The notes below the pieces were generated by a model. The model was not told the origin of the DNA. It made no database searches and saw only the letters and a list, made by a program, of their open reading frames with translations. From NCBI GenBank assembly GCA_963575745.1, contig CAUYUJ010000290.1:62001-115722 (forward strand): a stretch of 53,722 bases of DNA, read 5' to 3'. Origin of the DNA: Prorocentrum cordatum. Taxonomy: Eukaryota. Below, piece after piece: positions 36,384 to 49,679 of this stretch. The translations under genes and the position numbers were made by a program. Every line of letters starts with the position of its first letter. Within the stretch, counting starts at the first letter, position 1.

Positions 36384-39300
36384 ATGGCGGCCGTGCTCGT
36401 GCTTCTGCGCCTCGCCGCAGGGGAACAGGAGTTCTGGACTAGGGCCGAGGTCGGCTCCAGAGTTCGCGTGAGCTACAACGACGACGGCGTGGACCACGAG
36501 AGTACCCTGGCGCATCCAGGACCTCGACAGCAGCCAGACGGCGCGGAGCCTGTCGACGCTACTATGTGGTGGGTGCTCCCGCCTGATGGGGGTGACTGGA
36601 AGGAGCAGTTGGACGGGCGGGACCCTCAGCATGGTCCTAGCTGTGCTCGGCCACTCTTGGCTGACGGCTACCCTGCCACGGGCGCGGTGGCTGGGCAAGT
36701 TCAGGGGGCGCCCCTCGCTCGACGAACTTTTGAAATTGGGTAAGGGATGCCGTGACATCGAGACAGCTCGTGGCCAGGGTTTGGGTGATTGGCCTGAGTA
36801 TGCGCTCGACGAGACAGTACGTCGCCACGAACTTGCCTCTCTCCTTGCTGGACCCGTCGCTGCTGTTCATGCAGGTGGGGCCGGCGCCCCTTCTCCTGAC
36901 AGTATTTGGGTGCTGGTGGAACCGTGCGGTAGCCAGAGTATGAGCGAGGAGTTAAAGATGAATGCCTCCGACGTCACCTGTCGACGGGACGGCCTGGAAC
37001 TAATTCGGGGCGAGGTGATTTGGGTGAAGAAAATCGCAGTGGCTGATGCTTTGAGGTTCGCCAGCGCACAGGTGTCCCGTTTCCATTGTGGTCTCGGAGG
37101 CTATGATGATGCAGTTGTTCGTGCGGCGGAGAATGAGGCGGGAGGACGTCTGGGACTCGAGGGAGTTGACAGATGCTGGTGGAGGAGGCCGTGCGCCAGG
37201 GGGCCGTATGCCAGCTGGACCTGCGGAGGACACGCGCACCTTGAGCATGGGCTTCGACGGGCGCGGCGAATGACGCAAAGACTGGAGGACGGTGGTGAAT
37301 GAGATCTCGGCGGAGTCTTGCGAGGGCGACCCGGTCGAAGGTCCAGTCTCAGTGGTGTTCGAGCGAAGGCCATGTACAAGAACGGCGGGGGCCCGATGGG
37401 GCGGCTCTCGGAGCGGTCGCGGGAGCACCGCGTGGGGCGCCAGGACCGCCTTTTCCACGAGATGGATGTGCTGTGCCATAGCCTGCAGCTGGCAGGCAGC
37501 TGCGATCAGCTGAACGTCGGCGGGCTCCGCTGCATGGAGAGGCTGGTGAGGCGCATTCAGGTGATCACGGGCGCGTGCTCGGAGCCGGGCGCGCCTGCCA
37601 GTTGGCGCATGGTTCGGTGCCGAACAGGAGATTCAGGTCCAGGCGACGCGGCCGCCCCCGAGTTGAGGAGTTTCGGAGATCGACGGGCCAGGAGGGGCGC
37701 GGAGTTTCCCAGCGCAGCGGGCCGTTGACGACCCGAGCAGACTTCCGACGCTGGCGCTTCGGGGAGCGGCCGATGATGACGCGGGAGTTCGCCGTTGGAA
37801 CTGGCCCAGCCAGCGGCGTCAGAGAGATGGGGCCCCCCGGGCTTCCGCCCAGGGGCGGGGCTCGCGACAACTCCCCGCTGCCCCAGGGGGGGCTGCCGCC
37901 GAGCCAGGAAGGGGTCAGGGCGGAGTCTCGATCGACAGCGTCGGTGACCGCTTTGCGGTGCTCTTTTAGACGAGGCGATTGATGGCTTCTACTGGCTGGC
38001 AGGAGGCGACGCGGGGTCATCCCCCTCCCCGCCGCCAGCCTCGCAGTTCGACGTCGCGCAGCGCGTTGAAGGGCAGGTGGGCAACGTCGCGCGTCCGATG
38101 CGAGGCGAAGTTCTACAGCCTCCTCATGCAGCCTTGCGAGAGTTGATGCGTGGGAGGTCACCCTATGATGGCGGCCCTCCCCAGGATGTGCTCGACCCTT
38201 GCCAACCTGGACTGCCTACGCTTCCCGAGGGCGTCGCCGAGGCCCCAGCGCTTCGCGAACTTCTGCGGAGGCGGGCGCGCCAGTGCGTGGAGGTGCAGGG
38301 CGAGCGCATGCTGCGAGACCGTGAGAGCGCGCAACAGGCGCCGGGGCGTTGCCCGCGAGCGCCTTTCAGCGAGCCTTCGCTGGTGCGGAGCCGGCGGCGG
38401 CGCGGCGATTTGGCCGGGGATCTCGGTCGACGCGGGCCAGCGTCGTTCACGCGCCAGGTCTCGGAGATGGCGGGCATCTTCTTTGCGAGGGAGAACGGGG
38501 AAGACGCGTGTGTTTTTAGATTGTCGTCGGAGCAATGCTTGGCTGATTTGACCTCCACCTGTTCGGCTTTTGACTGCCGGGGGGCTCTCGGCCGTCGAGC
38601 TCGAGGAGATGGGGGGGGCTAGCGACCACCTGCAGGCCGCCTCCATGGCCGCGCTGGAAGAGGTGGAGTTCTCGGCGGGGGTCGCCGACGTGAAGGGCGC
38701 CTTCCATCGTGCGCGACTGCCCCCTTGGATGAAGAGGCTCTTCGGGCTGCCAGGGCTCGAGGCCAGTGATCTGCAGCTGCGCGGTGCCGAGTTGGAGGGC
38801 CATCCTCTGAGCTGCGACGACGTGCTCTACCCTGTCCCTGAGGCGGCGCCGATGGGATGCGCGCGGGGCCTCTACCCGTGCCGGAGCGCGACCGAGCTCC
38901 GGTGCCAGCTCGCGCCGAGCCTGCGACTGCGAGGGGCCCGGCCCTTGAGCGACTTAGTAAAACCGCCGGCGCCGAGGGTCGCGGCGGGCCCAGAGCAGGA
39001 GGGGCACTGCGTGCGCGTCGACAGCGCGGGCGTGATCGAGCAGAGTGGCGGCCGCGTGAGCAACGGCCTAGACGAGCTCGCCCAGGCCTTTGAGAAGGTG
39101 GCCTCAACGCGCGCGGACGAGAGGCGCGAAGCGATGGCGTCGAGGTGCTGGGCGTCGTCTTGGACGGGCGAAGGCTTCAGGCCCAGCCGTCGCGGAAGAG
39201 GCTCTGGGTGGCGCGCCCGGCGATCACCTGGGTGGTGCAGTTGCGGGCGGCGCGGAGAGGCGACCTTCGTTGGGCCATTGCGCGTGCCTGGGCATGGCGC

Positions 39301-41385
39301 GGCGCCCCGTGCTGTCGGCATGTCGCGCATGTTCTCGCTTCGTCACTGACGTGAACGGCGAGCCAGCTCCACTTTGGGAGACTTGTCGGGGTGAGTTGCT
39401 CGCCATCCGTGGGTTGCTCCCTTTGATCGTCTCTGACTGGTGGCTTTCGTGCAATCGATGGGCCCAGTGTTCGGATGCGACTGAAAGTGGCTTTGGGATC
39501 GCCGGTAGCTTCTGGGATCTCGGCTCCTTGAATGCCGTGGGCCGCTGTCGTGAGAGGGGGCGGTTCAGGGCGGGGGGGGGGGGGGGCGATGTTCGTCGTT
39601 CGGATTTAACAGCGGCTGGCACTGAGGACTTCCTGGAAATGGCGGGGGGGGGGTCGAGCTCGCGGTTGACGCGGGGGAGAAGGAGTTGACCGAATCGAGT
39701 TTGCGCAGGAGAAACTACGAGATGGACCCCGACTTCAGCGAGGTTCCGAGCGAGCTGCTTCTTCATCGGCTTCGGCGGATGGCAGGCCGGGACGTGGAGA
39801 TACAGCGGGCATATGGTCTATTAGAGGCCCGTGCTCTAGTCGAGTCTGAGAAACTTATGGCGCTTACCCGTTTCGGCTATACCGCTTGCCAGGTTTTGCT
39901 TGTCGATAATATCGACGTCGCGCTGGCGTTTGATAGAAGCAGATGCCGAAGCTTTGCTATTTTGCTGCAGATCCGCAATTTCACCGCCTACCTTCTGAGT
40001 CGAAGTGCGAGGGTGGTCGTTCGCTGGATCCCGAGTGGGCTGAACAATAGTGGCGAAGGATCGCGGGTCGAGGGTGGGGGCCTTCAAAGATTCTGACGCG
40101 TCTGATTTTTGTTTCTCTGCCTGCCTCTTCTCATCCTCCTTTTTTCAAGCTCTGGCGACGAGGGCGATCGTAGACTAATTGACCTTTTTGAACCCACCCG
40201 TGTCTGCGCGAGAGGAACCTTTGGCGAATCTACATGTTGCTGTGGATCCCAGTAAGGATGAGTCTTTCCGATGGCGATTTTCAGTCTTGTCGCAGTCTGA
40301 GTTGCGGGTCCCCCGTTCGGTCCGAATTTTGGCTCGAACTGGCGTTGAGTTTCCGTCATCGCAGGAGCGAGAATGCAGTCGGGCCGGCGACCGCGGGCCC
40401 CTCGGCGCCATGCCCTTGCTGACCCCGCCGCCCCTGGCGCGGGCGCCCGCCGCGCTGGGGGCGGCGGCTCGCAGCCTGGGGGCGGCCGCGGGCGAGGCGC
40501 CTGCGGGCGCCCGAAGGCGCGTCGCTGGAAAGCCCGGGCGGTCGCCCGACCCGATCTCGAGCGGCGCTGCCGGCGAGTCCGAGGCCGCCGCCGCTGCCGA
40601 GCGGCAGAGGGCGTCGTCGAGGAGGTCAAAGCGACGGCCTTCAGCGGCGGTGCGATCGATAGCAGACGTTGTGCCGATCGACCGCTGCCTGGAGTCCAGC
40701 GCGGTGACCCCGCGGGTGCGATTTCAGCACCAGAGAGTTCTCGAGCAGCTCAAGGAGAGGTGCGACCGCCAGGACTCTTTCGAGCTGCCGTCGGAGACGA
40801 TGGGCGCCCACTTGGTCTTATGCTTCACGTCCTTCTACTTGCAGGGCGAGCAGGCCTCGACAGGCGCGTGCGCGGCGGCGGCGGCGAACCTCTTCCACCC
40901 GAAGTTTGGGGGCTGCGGGCAGAGGCGCTGCCGCGGATGTGGAAGGCGCTGAAGGGCTGGGAGCGGCTTGCGCCCGGGCGAGCCAGGGTGCCGGAGCCGC
41001 TTCGTGGTCAGCGCATGATGGCGGCGTTATTAACGATGGCTGTCTCGATCCACCTGCGTCCGCCATCGCTCTGCAGGCTGCTCCCTGGGGATATCGCGAG
41101 ACCATGCAATGGCCGCTTGCGCGGCGGGCTGCCGATGCACCCTCGGGAGCGCGCGACGCCCGACAAGGCAGGGTGTTCGACCTCAGCGTGAGGCTCGACT
41201 CGTCGTGGCTTCTGTTTCTCATCCCCGTTCTCGGCGACATGCAGCGTCAGAACCCTCGCCAACCAGTCCGGGCTTTCGATTGTCCTCAGCTGTTGCGCCA
41301 GATGAAGGACACGCGCCAGCGCCTCCAGCTCCGTCGGGTCACGCCCTGCCAGGCGAAGCACTCGGGCCCGGTCGTCGACCGCGCC
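36384..41385 (+). mobile_element. Decayed DIRS-like tyrosine-recombinase retrotransposon (gag-like, RT, RNase H, YR)
   Basis: gag-like: RTLSMGFDGRGE, HEMDVLCHSLQLAGSCDQLN..RRIQ. RT: GIFF, LDCRRSN, ADVKGAFH, PMG, RVDS, LGVVLD. RNase H: SDATESG, LLEARA, LVDN, RWIPSGLN. YR: KALKGWERLAP, HLRP, K.GVFD, QAKHSG. Many stops and frameshifts. Confidence 0.85.
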
Positions 41386-41544
41386 GCGAGCGCGCGGCTG
41401 GTGCCAGTTGAAGAACGTGGCGCGGCGCGTGAAGGGCGCTCGCCTGGGCCGTCCTTGTCGGCGCGCGGGCTCTGCGCGCCGCTTCTTGGGGCCCTGTCTC
41501 CGCCGTCGTGCTTACGCTGTCTGGGGGCGGGGGGCTGGCCGAAA

Positions 41545-41637
41545 ATATATATATATATATATATATATATAACTAAAAACAATATATATATATATATTAC
41601 TTTTTGGTTATGTATATATATGTATATACATGTATAA

Positions 41638-41673
<36 letters not shown>
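41545..41673. repeat. (AT)n microsatellite cluster
   Basis: Direct reading. Confidence 0.95.
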
Positions 41674-41675
<2 letters not shown>

Positions 41676-42879
41676 TTTTTCTTCTCCTGTCGGAGACCTT
41701 CCTGCGGCCCGCGGCCTCGAGCTGCGTGCAGCCTGGGGGCCTGCCTGGGGCCCCGCGCGGTCCCATCGTCGCGATAGTGCTCTCGATGGGGCTGCAGGGG
41801 CAGCCGCGCCCTCCTGGGCCGCCTTGCCCGGGGCCGCTGATCTGCGGGCGCAGCTGCCCCGGGCGCCCACCCCCCCCCCGACGCGGGTAAACGCGACGTG
41901 CCCCAGGCCGGTCTCCTGTCCGCCGTGCCCGACGCCGGAAGGCGCCGACGGCCCCGGGCCTTCGACCAGGCGGGCGGCTGCCGCGGCTGGACAAGGCAGC
42001 CTACAGGCTCATGGATGTAGTTGGCCTGGGCGACGCGAAGGGCTGGCCCTGGGGGGCGGGGCGGCGGCGGGCGACTGGCCGGTGGAGGTCGTGGGCGCCG
42101 TGGTGCCCGACTGGAAGTTGGCGCCGCTGGACGCGATGTTTGGGCGCCGCTTCCCGGCTCGGCGGGCGCCGGTGGGCCGCGGAGGAGCGGCGCCTAGCGG
42201 CGGCCCTCCGGGGGGCGAGGCGACAGAGGCGGCCGGCGGGGTTGCCGGCGGCGGCGGCGCAGTTGAGGGTTGCCCTCGGCGCGGGCCGAGGCGGCAAATC
42301 ATGGGGGCCGTTTCGTAACACCCTGGCGAATCTCAGCTACTATTTAGTGCTGTTTCGCATTGCTTAGTGCGGTTTAGTGCGGCGCGTGTCTTCCCTCTCC
42401 CTCCCCCGCCTTTCCACTCCCAGCTGTTCCTCCGCTTCCCTCATGGTGCCCCCGCGTCTTTCTCTCCCCATTCAGGCCCGTGCTGCCCGCGCGCGATTTT
42501 TAGCGACGTTCCCTCCCGCGTGACAGGTCGTTGCGTTGGGGCGAGGGGTTTGCGGCCCCAGCGCGCGCGCTCCCGAACTCCCCCATGGGGTGCGGTTGGA
42601 TACCACCAGCGCGATTTCTCCCGGCATGCCTTGCTTATCGGGCCCGCCCCGTCGCGGCGCTCGGGGCGCTTCGCCGCTGCTCGCAGCAGAAAAGCTTCAG
42701 AGCAGAAGCAAGGCGGCAGCGACAGGGCGGCGGTGAACGCTGCCGCTGCTGGCGCTCGCCGGCCAGGCGGCGCCGCAGGAATGTTTTCGCGCGTGCCCGC
42801 TCGAGGAAAGTGAGCCCCCCAGCTTGGATCCTCGATAAATCGCGAGGTCTGGAGCCCCGACCGCGACACACAAAAGCGT

Positions 42880-43285
42880 TCCGCGCGCAGGAATTCCGAG
42901 GATGTCTCGCGCGTGCCGCGTCCCGCGAGCACGAATATGGAGGATGTCTCGACTACATCGTTTGTTTTTAGGATTTCTTTTGATTTTGCCAGGATGTCTC
43001 GAGCGAAACGCTTGGTTGTCATAATTTGTTGAAGATGTCTCGAGCGAAACGCTGGTTTTGCAACATTGGGGGATGTCTGGAGAGGCCTCGTGGGGGCCAG
43101 AATTCAAAGGATGTCTCAAGCGAAATGGTTGTTTTCACGTCCCGCGCGCATGACTTCCGAGGATGTCTCGCGCGTGCCACGTCCCGCGCGTAGGAATTTT
43201 GAGGATGTCTCGACTAATTCGCTTGTTGTTCCAAGAATTCCTTGGATTTTGGCAGGATATCTCGAGCGAAACGCTTGTCCCCAGC
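42880..43285. repeat. GGATGTCTCG-anchored minisatellite (~40-45 bp)
   Basis: GGATGTCTCGAGCGAAACG and variants recur about 9 times. Confidence 0.85.
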
Positions 43286-43289
43286 ACAT

Positions 43290-44041
43290 TCCGTAGCGCG
43301 TCCCCTTGGCACGTCCCGCGGTGCGTCCCCATGGCACGTCCCCTGGCACGTCGTTTGGCGCGTCCCTTGAGACGTTCCGCGGCGCGTCCTGCTGGCATGT
43401 CCCCCTGTAAATTAGCTCTGGGGCAGCTACTTTGTGTTCAGGCAGCTCGAGCTTAAGGTCCAGATCAGTTCGGTCAGGACTCGGATGCAATGGAGGACTC
43501 GATCCACGACGCTATAGAGCACAATCGCGGCATGGCACATCGCAATTCAGCACGGCGCAGCACAGCACAGATTTCGGCACGGTGCATCAAGATCGATACA
43601 TACAGCATTGCAACTTGGCGCGTTCCTTGGCACGTTCCGTGGGGCGTCCCTTGGCGAGTCCCCCTGGCACGTCGCGTGGCGCGTCCCCTGGCACATCCCG
43701 TGGCACATCCATTGGCACGTTCCGTAGCGCGTCCCCTTGGCACGTCCCGCGGTGTGACCCCATGGCACGTCCCCTGGCACGTCGCTTGGCGCGTCCCTTG
43801 AGACGTTCCGCGGCGCGTCCTCCTGGCATGTCCCCCTGTAAATTAGCTCTGGGGCAGCTACTTTGTGTTCAGGCAGCTCGAGCTTAAGGTCCAGATCAGT
43901 TCGGTCAGGACTCGGATGCAATGGAGGACTCGATCCACGACGCTATAAAGCACAATCGCGGCATGGCACATCGCAATTCAGCACGGCGCAGCACAGCACA
44001 GCCCTCGGCAGGGTACATCAAGATCGATACACTCAGCATTT
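43290..44041. repeat. Recent direct duplication (~320 bp, offset 431 bp)
   Basis: 43290-43610 is near-identical to 43721-44041. Confidence 0.93.
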
Positions 44042-44749
44042 CATTTGCCCGTCACCCAATCAGGTGTCTTTGAAAACGTTGCCATGCGTTACAGCTCTGT
44101 ATTCCTTTCCGGGTTCGTGGGTCGATCATGCTTTTCCCCCCCAAAGTTTGAGCGAACATCCGGTTTTGGGATGACAACGGACCTTGACTGTGTGTGTGCT
44201 CATCGCAGTTGCTCTCTCTATATATACATATATATATATTCAGTCCCCGCGACGACTCTGTTCTGTTCACGGGATCGTTGCCACAGTAAGCTAATTATTT
44301 TATTCCTGGCGCTGCTCCCCGCCCCAGCTCTGAAGCAGCGTGGGAGTACGGGCGCATGACTGATGCCAGAGGGCGCCCGTTTCGTGGCTCGTGGGGCCGC
44401 TTCCCTGTCGGCGCGCGGGCGCCTTGATAACTGCGCGTCGCTCCTTGGGGCCTTGTCTCCGCTGACCGTCATGCTTGCACTGCCTGGGACGTGCTGGCCA
44501 TGCCACTGAGCTTTCTCTGTAACTGCACTTTTTTGGCTCCCACCGCCAGCCCAAGGCCTCTATTGGTTTTCAAACCTTCTTTCGCATGCTGTGCTGTTCA
44601 GGGACTCAATGTGTGTGAGCACACAGCAGTTGCTGTGTGTGTATATATATACAGTCCCTGCGAAGACTGTGTTATGTTCACGGGAAAGTTGCCACAGTAA
44701 ACTAATCACTTTGTTGATGGCGCAGTTTCCCGTCCCAGTTCTGAAGCAG

Positions 44750-44977
44750 CATGCTGATGGTGATGATGATGATCATGCTGATGCTGATGCTTATGCTTCT
44801 GATGATGATTATCATATTGGTTATGATGAAACGTATGGCGGTGATGCTGCTGATGATGATGCTGATGCCCATGCTACTGCTGATGATGACGATGCTGATC
44901 ATATAGGTGATGATGGATATGACGATGATGGTGATGATGAGGATGATTGTGGTGATGCGTCTGATGATGATGATGAT

Positions 44978-45008
<31 letters not shown>

Positions 45009-45190
45009 ATAATGAAACTGGTGATGATGATGATGATGATGCTGATGATGATGAGGATGATGATGATGATGATGATGCTGATGATGATGATGATGATGAA
45101 ACTGGTGATGATGATGATGCTGATGATGATGATGATGACGGATCTGTTGATGATGCTGATGTTGTTGATGGTGATGATGCCGATGATGAC

Positions 45191-45257
<67 letters not shown>

Positions 45258-45700
45258 GTGATGATGATGGATGATGATTGTTGAGTTGTATGATGATGAT
45301 GATGATGATGATTAATGATGATGATGTGCTGATGCTGATGCTGATGATGATGATGATGATGATGTTGATGACTGATGATGATGATGTGATGATGATGATG
45401 GTTGATGAGGTTGATGGTGGTGGTGGTGGTGGTGCTGGTTTGGTGGTGGTGGTGGTGGTGGTGGTGATGATGATGATCGATGATGATGAGGGAGGAGGAG
45501 GAGGAGGAGGAGGAGGAGGAGGAGGTGGAGGAGGAGGAGTGAGGAGGAGGAGGAGAGGAGGGTGAGGAGGGAGGAGGAGGAGGGGAGGAGGGGAGGAGGA
45601 GGTGGAGGAGGAGGAGGAGGAAGGAGGAGGAGGAGGAGGAGGAATAGAGGAGGAGGTGGAGGAGGAGGAGGAGGTGGAGAGGAGGAGGAGGAGGAAGAGG
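44750..45700. repeat. (GAT)n array grading into (GGT)n and (GGA)n
   Basis: Direct reading. Confidence 0.97.
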
Positions 45701-46307
45701 CTTGGTGGAGGAGATGTTGGGAGGACGAGACAGGGTATGGCAAATAAAGCAGACCACGCCAGGAATACCCAGACATCCTCAAGGACTTCACCCGGGAGGC
45801 CTGTCTCGCGGTTGGGTTTGACATACATTGAGTTGACCTATGACACCCTTTGCCGCAATGTGAGGGGCCAGGATAGGGAGAAGTAGAGGAGGAGGAGGCG
45901 GAGGAGGATGAGGAGAAGGAGGAGTTATCGGCAGGACGCGGGGTTGGTATCATTGATGGTTTGGGAGAGTGAGATGTATCAGCGTGTGAGAAGCGACGCT
46001 CGTTTTTGAGTGGAGACTGCTGGGTGGCGCGCAGAGATTGATGAGAATGTCAACGTCTAATAGACGACCTTCGCTTCCTTCCCGTATTATTGTTCCGCCT
46101 GCATGTCGCCCGCATGCCGCCCGCATGCTTGTGTAGGGCCGACTTGCTGCCGACACACCCTGTGAAAGCGAGAGTGCTGGATAGCTCAGTGTTTGCCCCT
46201 CGTCTCACTTGTTTCTTATCCGTAAGCATTGCGGCTCCCAGGGCCCTTGAGTCTCAGGCGACATGCGACAAATATCAGCGCCTATCTCAGAAGTTGCATC
46301 TTCACAT

Positions 46308-46319
46308 TGGTAGCAGGAA
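46308..46319 (+). promoter_or_regulatory. Primer-binding site, tRNA-iMet type
   Basis: CA-T-TGGTAGCAGG: a TGGTAGCAG is complementary to the ...CUGCUACCA 3' end of initiator tRNA-Met, about 160 bp upstream of the gag ATG. Confidence 0.75.
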
Positions 46320-46478
46320 CTGTTCGACCCACGGACACGCCTTCGCAGCACCGAAGAGAAGCAGCTCGCAGCATCGAGAGAAGCAGCTCGCGGCATCGAG
46401 TTCGGCGGACAGACCGCCACACATTAACAAGTACGAGGCCGGAGATCTACAGGGAGATCTGCAGCAGGACCGGCAAGG

Positions 46479-48140
46479 ATGGCTCCCAAGGTGGACCCGT
46501 CCGAGGAAGCAGCAGAAGGTGAGGAAGGACGTGCCCAGCAGCAGGGAGGACCACACGTTCCAGCGCCCGCCTTCGACCCACAGACGATGACGATGAAGGA
46601 TTACAGGAGGCGAGTGGCGATATTCAAGATAAGAACCAGACTGCCCCTTGAGAGGCAGGCCGCGGAGCTCTACGCAGAACTGAAGGGCGACGCCTGGATT
46701 CATGCAGAGGACCTCGACCCGACGGAGCTTCAGAATGACGAAAGGGTCCAAGTGTTGTTCGACTTCTTAGCAGATAAGTTCGACGACGAGAAGGTGATGG
46801 AGCTCGGGTCCGAGCTCAAGATTTTCTTCACACGCATGCGCCGCGACAGCGGCGAGGAGATCAGGGCTTTCATCAACCGCTTCGACACGCATGTGTCGAG
46901 ACTTAAGACAATGCAAATCGAGTTCCCAGATCAAGCGCTGGCGTGGTTGATCATGTGGTGGCTTGGCCTGCCGCCAGATCGAGAAGCTGGAGTATTGAAC
47001 GCCAATCAGAATAAATACGACCTCGAGCCTTTACAGAAGCATACATTGCTTAACGTGAAGGACGCCAAAGCACTGGACAAGCACAACCCCCGGAGGCCAG
47101 CACCCATGACACCACTAGCGCCCCGAGGCCCACCAGCACGACCTCGACGATGGGGAGCTCACATCACCGAGAACGACGAAGAGGAAGATCTCGAGGTGTA
47201 CGAGACCCAGGTGGACGACGATGACCTGCAGGAGAGGTTACTTGAGGAGCACGAGGAAGCGGAGGCCGAAGTTTACAAGTTGGAGAAAATGCTCGCCCGA
47301 GCGAAGGACAGGGTCAAAAAGACGCCAAGCAAGCTAGAGGATTTTATCATAGAGATGGGCTACCTGGGCGCGGACCTGGTAAAGGACCTGGCGGGAGAGG
47401 CACTCCTGGAGGCGGCAGGGGGCCCGGCGGCAAGGGCTCGGGCCGCATCGAGAAGCTAAAGGCGAGGACTCACTGCGCAGTGTGCCGGAAGCTGGGGCAC
47501 TGGAAGGGCGACCCCGAAGTGTGCAGGGGCGCCAAGTAAGGAGCACGCGACGACTGCCGACGACCATGACGAAGGCGACCAGGGACCAGAGCAGTATCTC
47601 ACGAGCTGGAGCAGCAAGGAGAAGCATATCGAGAAGCATACGTTCTTCATCAACAACAACGTGCTGATGACCGGCACGGGCACCGTGAACGTCATCATGG
47701 CTACGAAAGAGGAGCTGCTGCAGCAGCGCGGCGGCAAACTGCTACCATACTCGTGCTGCGCCAAGTCCGTTGGAGGGCAGGTTTGGCATGGCGACGTCAA
47801 GAAGCGGCTTGCGAAGGTGGGCCTTGGGCCGATCGAGTTTGACGAACATGAAGTTTTCAGGTTCGGCGCTGGGAAGCCAGTCGTGGGCGCGATTGGAGCG
47901 CTGGTGCCGCTCGCTGTGCGCGGGCGCCCCTTCGCGCTGAGGATATCCATCGTGCCGCGCCTGGTCCCCGCGCTGCTGTCGCAGACGGCTGTTGGTCAGC
48001 TGGTTGCAGTGCGCGACCGTGAGGTGGTGGCTGGCGAGAGCGCCATGACGTTCAGGAAGCTGGGGGTCTCCAGCTTCGAGCTCGGACAGACCGAGAGCCG
48101 GCGTCCGAGTTTCGATGCGCTGGGCTTCGACAGGGCTTAC
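46479..48140 (+). pseudogene. copia gag, zinc knuckle and protease (frameshifted)
   Basis: DYRRRV..LKGDAW..RRDSGEEIRAFINRF; CAVCRKLGHWKGDPEVC; YSCCAKSVGG (catalytic D lost), FRFG, PALLS. Confidence 0.85.
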
Positions 48141-49679
48141 ATGTTTACCGTGGCTCCAGACGTGGGCCCCGGCCAGACAGAGATCAGGCTGCTTCCGCCA
48201 TCGCGGCGCTGGTGGGAAGAACTCGAGAGGAGCCCCCGTCATCATCGCTCGCAGGATCATCGCGCTATGGAGGCCTCTCAAGAACAGGTGCGAGATGTTC
48301 CTGGTGGGCCTCCAACGGGATCCCAACGGGCCCCGCGTCAACCACATCAAGAGCGACCCGAGTCACGAGGAGCCGAGCTTCAACTTCTCGAGGGATCCGA
48401 ATCAGCACGAGCTAAGCTTCAACGACTGCGAGAGCGACCCCGAGTCATTGCGAACTAAATTTCAGAAAGCCCCAGGAGCACCCCAACGAGAACCCTGGTC
48501 GGGCCAGTTTCAGGAAACGGATAAGCGTGCCGAAGTGCAGAAACCCATGCAAAAGCAGCAAGCACCAGCGCCAGCAATATGCGCGATTCCACATGACGGA
48601 CGATGATGAAACAGTTCGGCCTCAGCCAAATATGGTTCAGACCGTTTCAGGTGATTCCTCAAGATCAGTGTTTCCATTCATGCGCGGATGCCCCTCAGCG
48701 TGCTGGGGTGGATCCAGGGTTGGGGCATCTTCGATGTCGGCGCCAACAAGAGGTGCAACACCGTAGCGCTGATGCGCTGGGAGCAGATTTTCAAGCTGGC
48801 GTTCTTAGCCATAGCGATGACCAGGCACCCGGCGGTGGCCATCATCTGCCACAACGGGCGCCGCCGCGGCCAGGGGGAGATCCTCGAGAGGCAGGCCGAG
48901 GCGCCAGCGCCCAGACGACTACCACCACTGGGGACTGTGGTCAAGGTGGAGTTGCAGGAGGAGATGGAGAGCAACGGGCTGGAGTTCCAAGGCCTGGGCT
49001 GCAGAGAGATGCGCGTGATCCTCGGCGAGCAGCGGATCGAGAACGGCCCGAGCCGCAGAGGAGCTCGAGCTGCAGATCCAGAACTCCTGGGACTCGCCAA
49101 GAAGTCACGAGCAGAGGTGGCCCAGCTGGCCAGGAAACGCAACGGGAAAGTTACCGACGACATGCTCGAGGACAAAATCGCGCGTTTGTTGCTGGGGCAG
49201 ACACCGAAAGCAGTCAAGAAGGAAGAGGCCAAGGACGAGGTACCGCTGCTTACGACTTCGAAGGTTGCTTCAGCGACCAGGAGTGCTTCCTTGGCCCGTC
49301 GGAGCTCAGGAAGGGGGCAACGAGCAAGACCAGTGGGGCCACAGCCCTCGGAAGATTCAGAGAGCGACGAACCGCCAACCAGGAGAAGGAGCTCATCGAT
49401 CAGCGACATGGCTATTGCAGCAGAAGACATCGGCGTAGAGGAGGACCAGACTTGGGAGATGCTAGTTCCGAAGGGGAAGAGAAGGGAACCGCGGGGGAAA
49501 AGCGCGAGATGAAGCCGGGACATATCCAGCGCTACAAGGACATGATCAAGGATACCGTCAGTTCCCTGACGTGGCAGACCGCGTTCCTCGGCACCTTTCT
49601 GGCGAAGCCGCTCTTCTCGGGAGGCAAGGCTATCGTGCAAGATCACTGCGACGTGTTCGACGTCAAGACCGACCCGAGC

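Noticed and set aside
40323..40338. ATTTTGGCTCGA SL-like match inside the DIRS-like element
   Set aside because: A short match with no clear adjacent start. It lies upstream of the YR region but cannot be distinguished from chance here.
41700..42320. Possible PIF1/RecD helicase remnant on the minus strand ([16 protein letters not shown])
   Set aside because: Only two short motif-like hits in different frames of very GC-rich DNA; insufficient support.
44190..44750. Diverged ~150-bp direct repeats (44190-44345 and 44600-44750) as LTRs
   Set aside because: They lack TG..CA termini, a PBS and any internal coding region. A simple old duplication is the better explanation.
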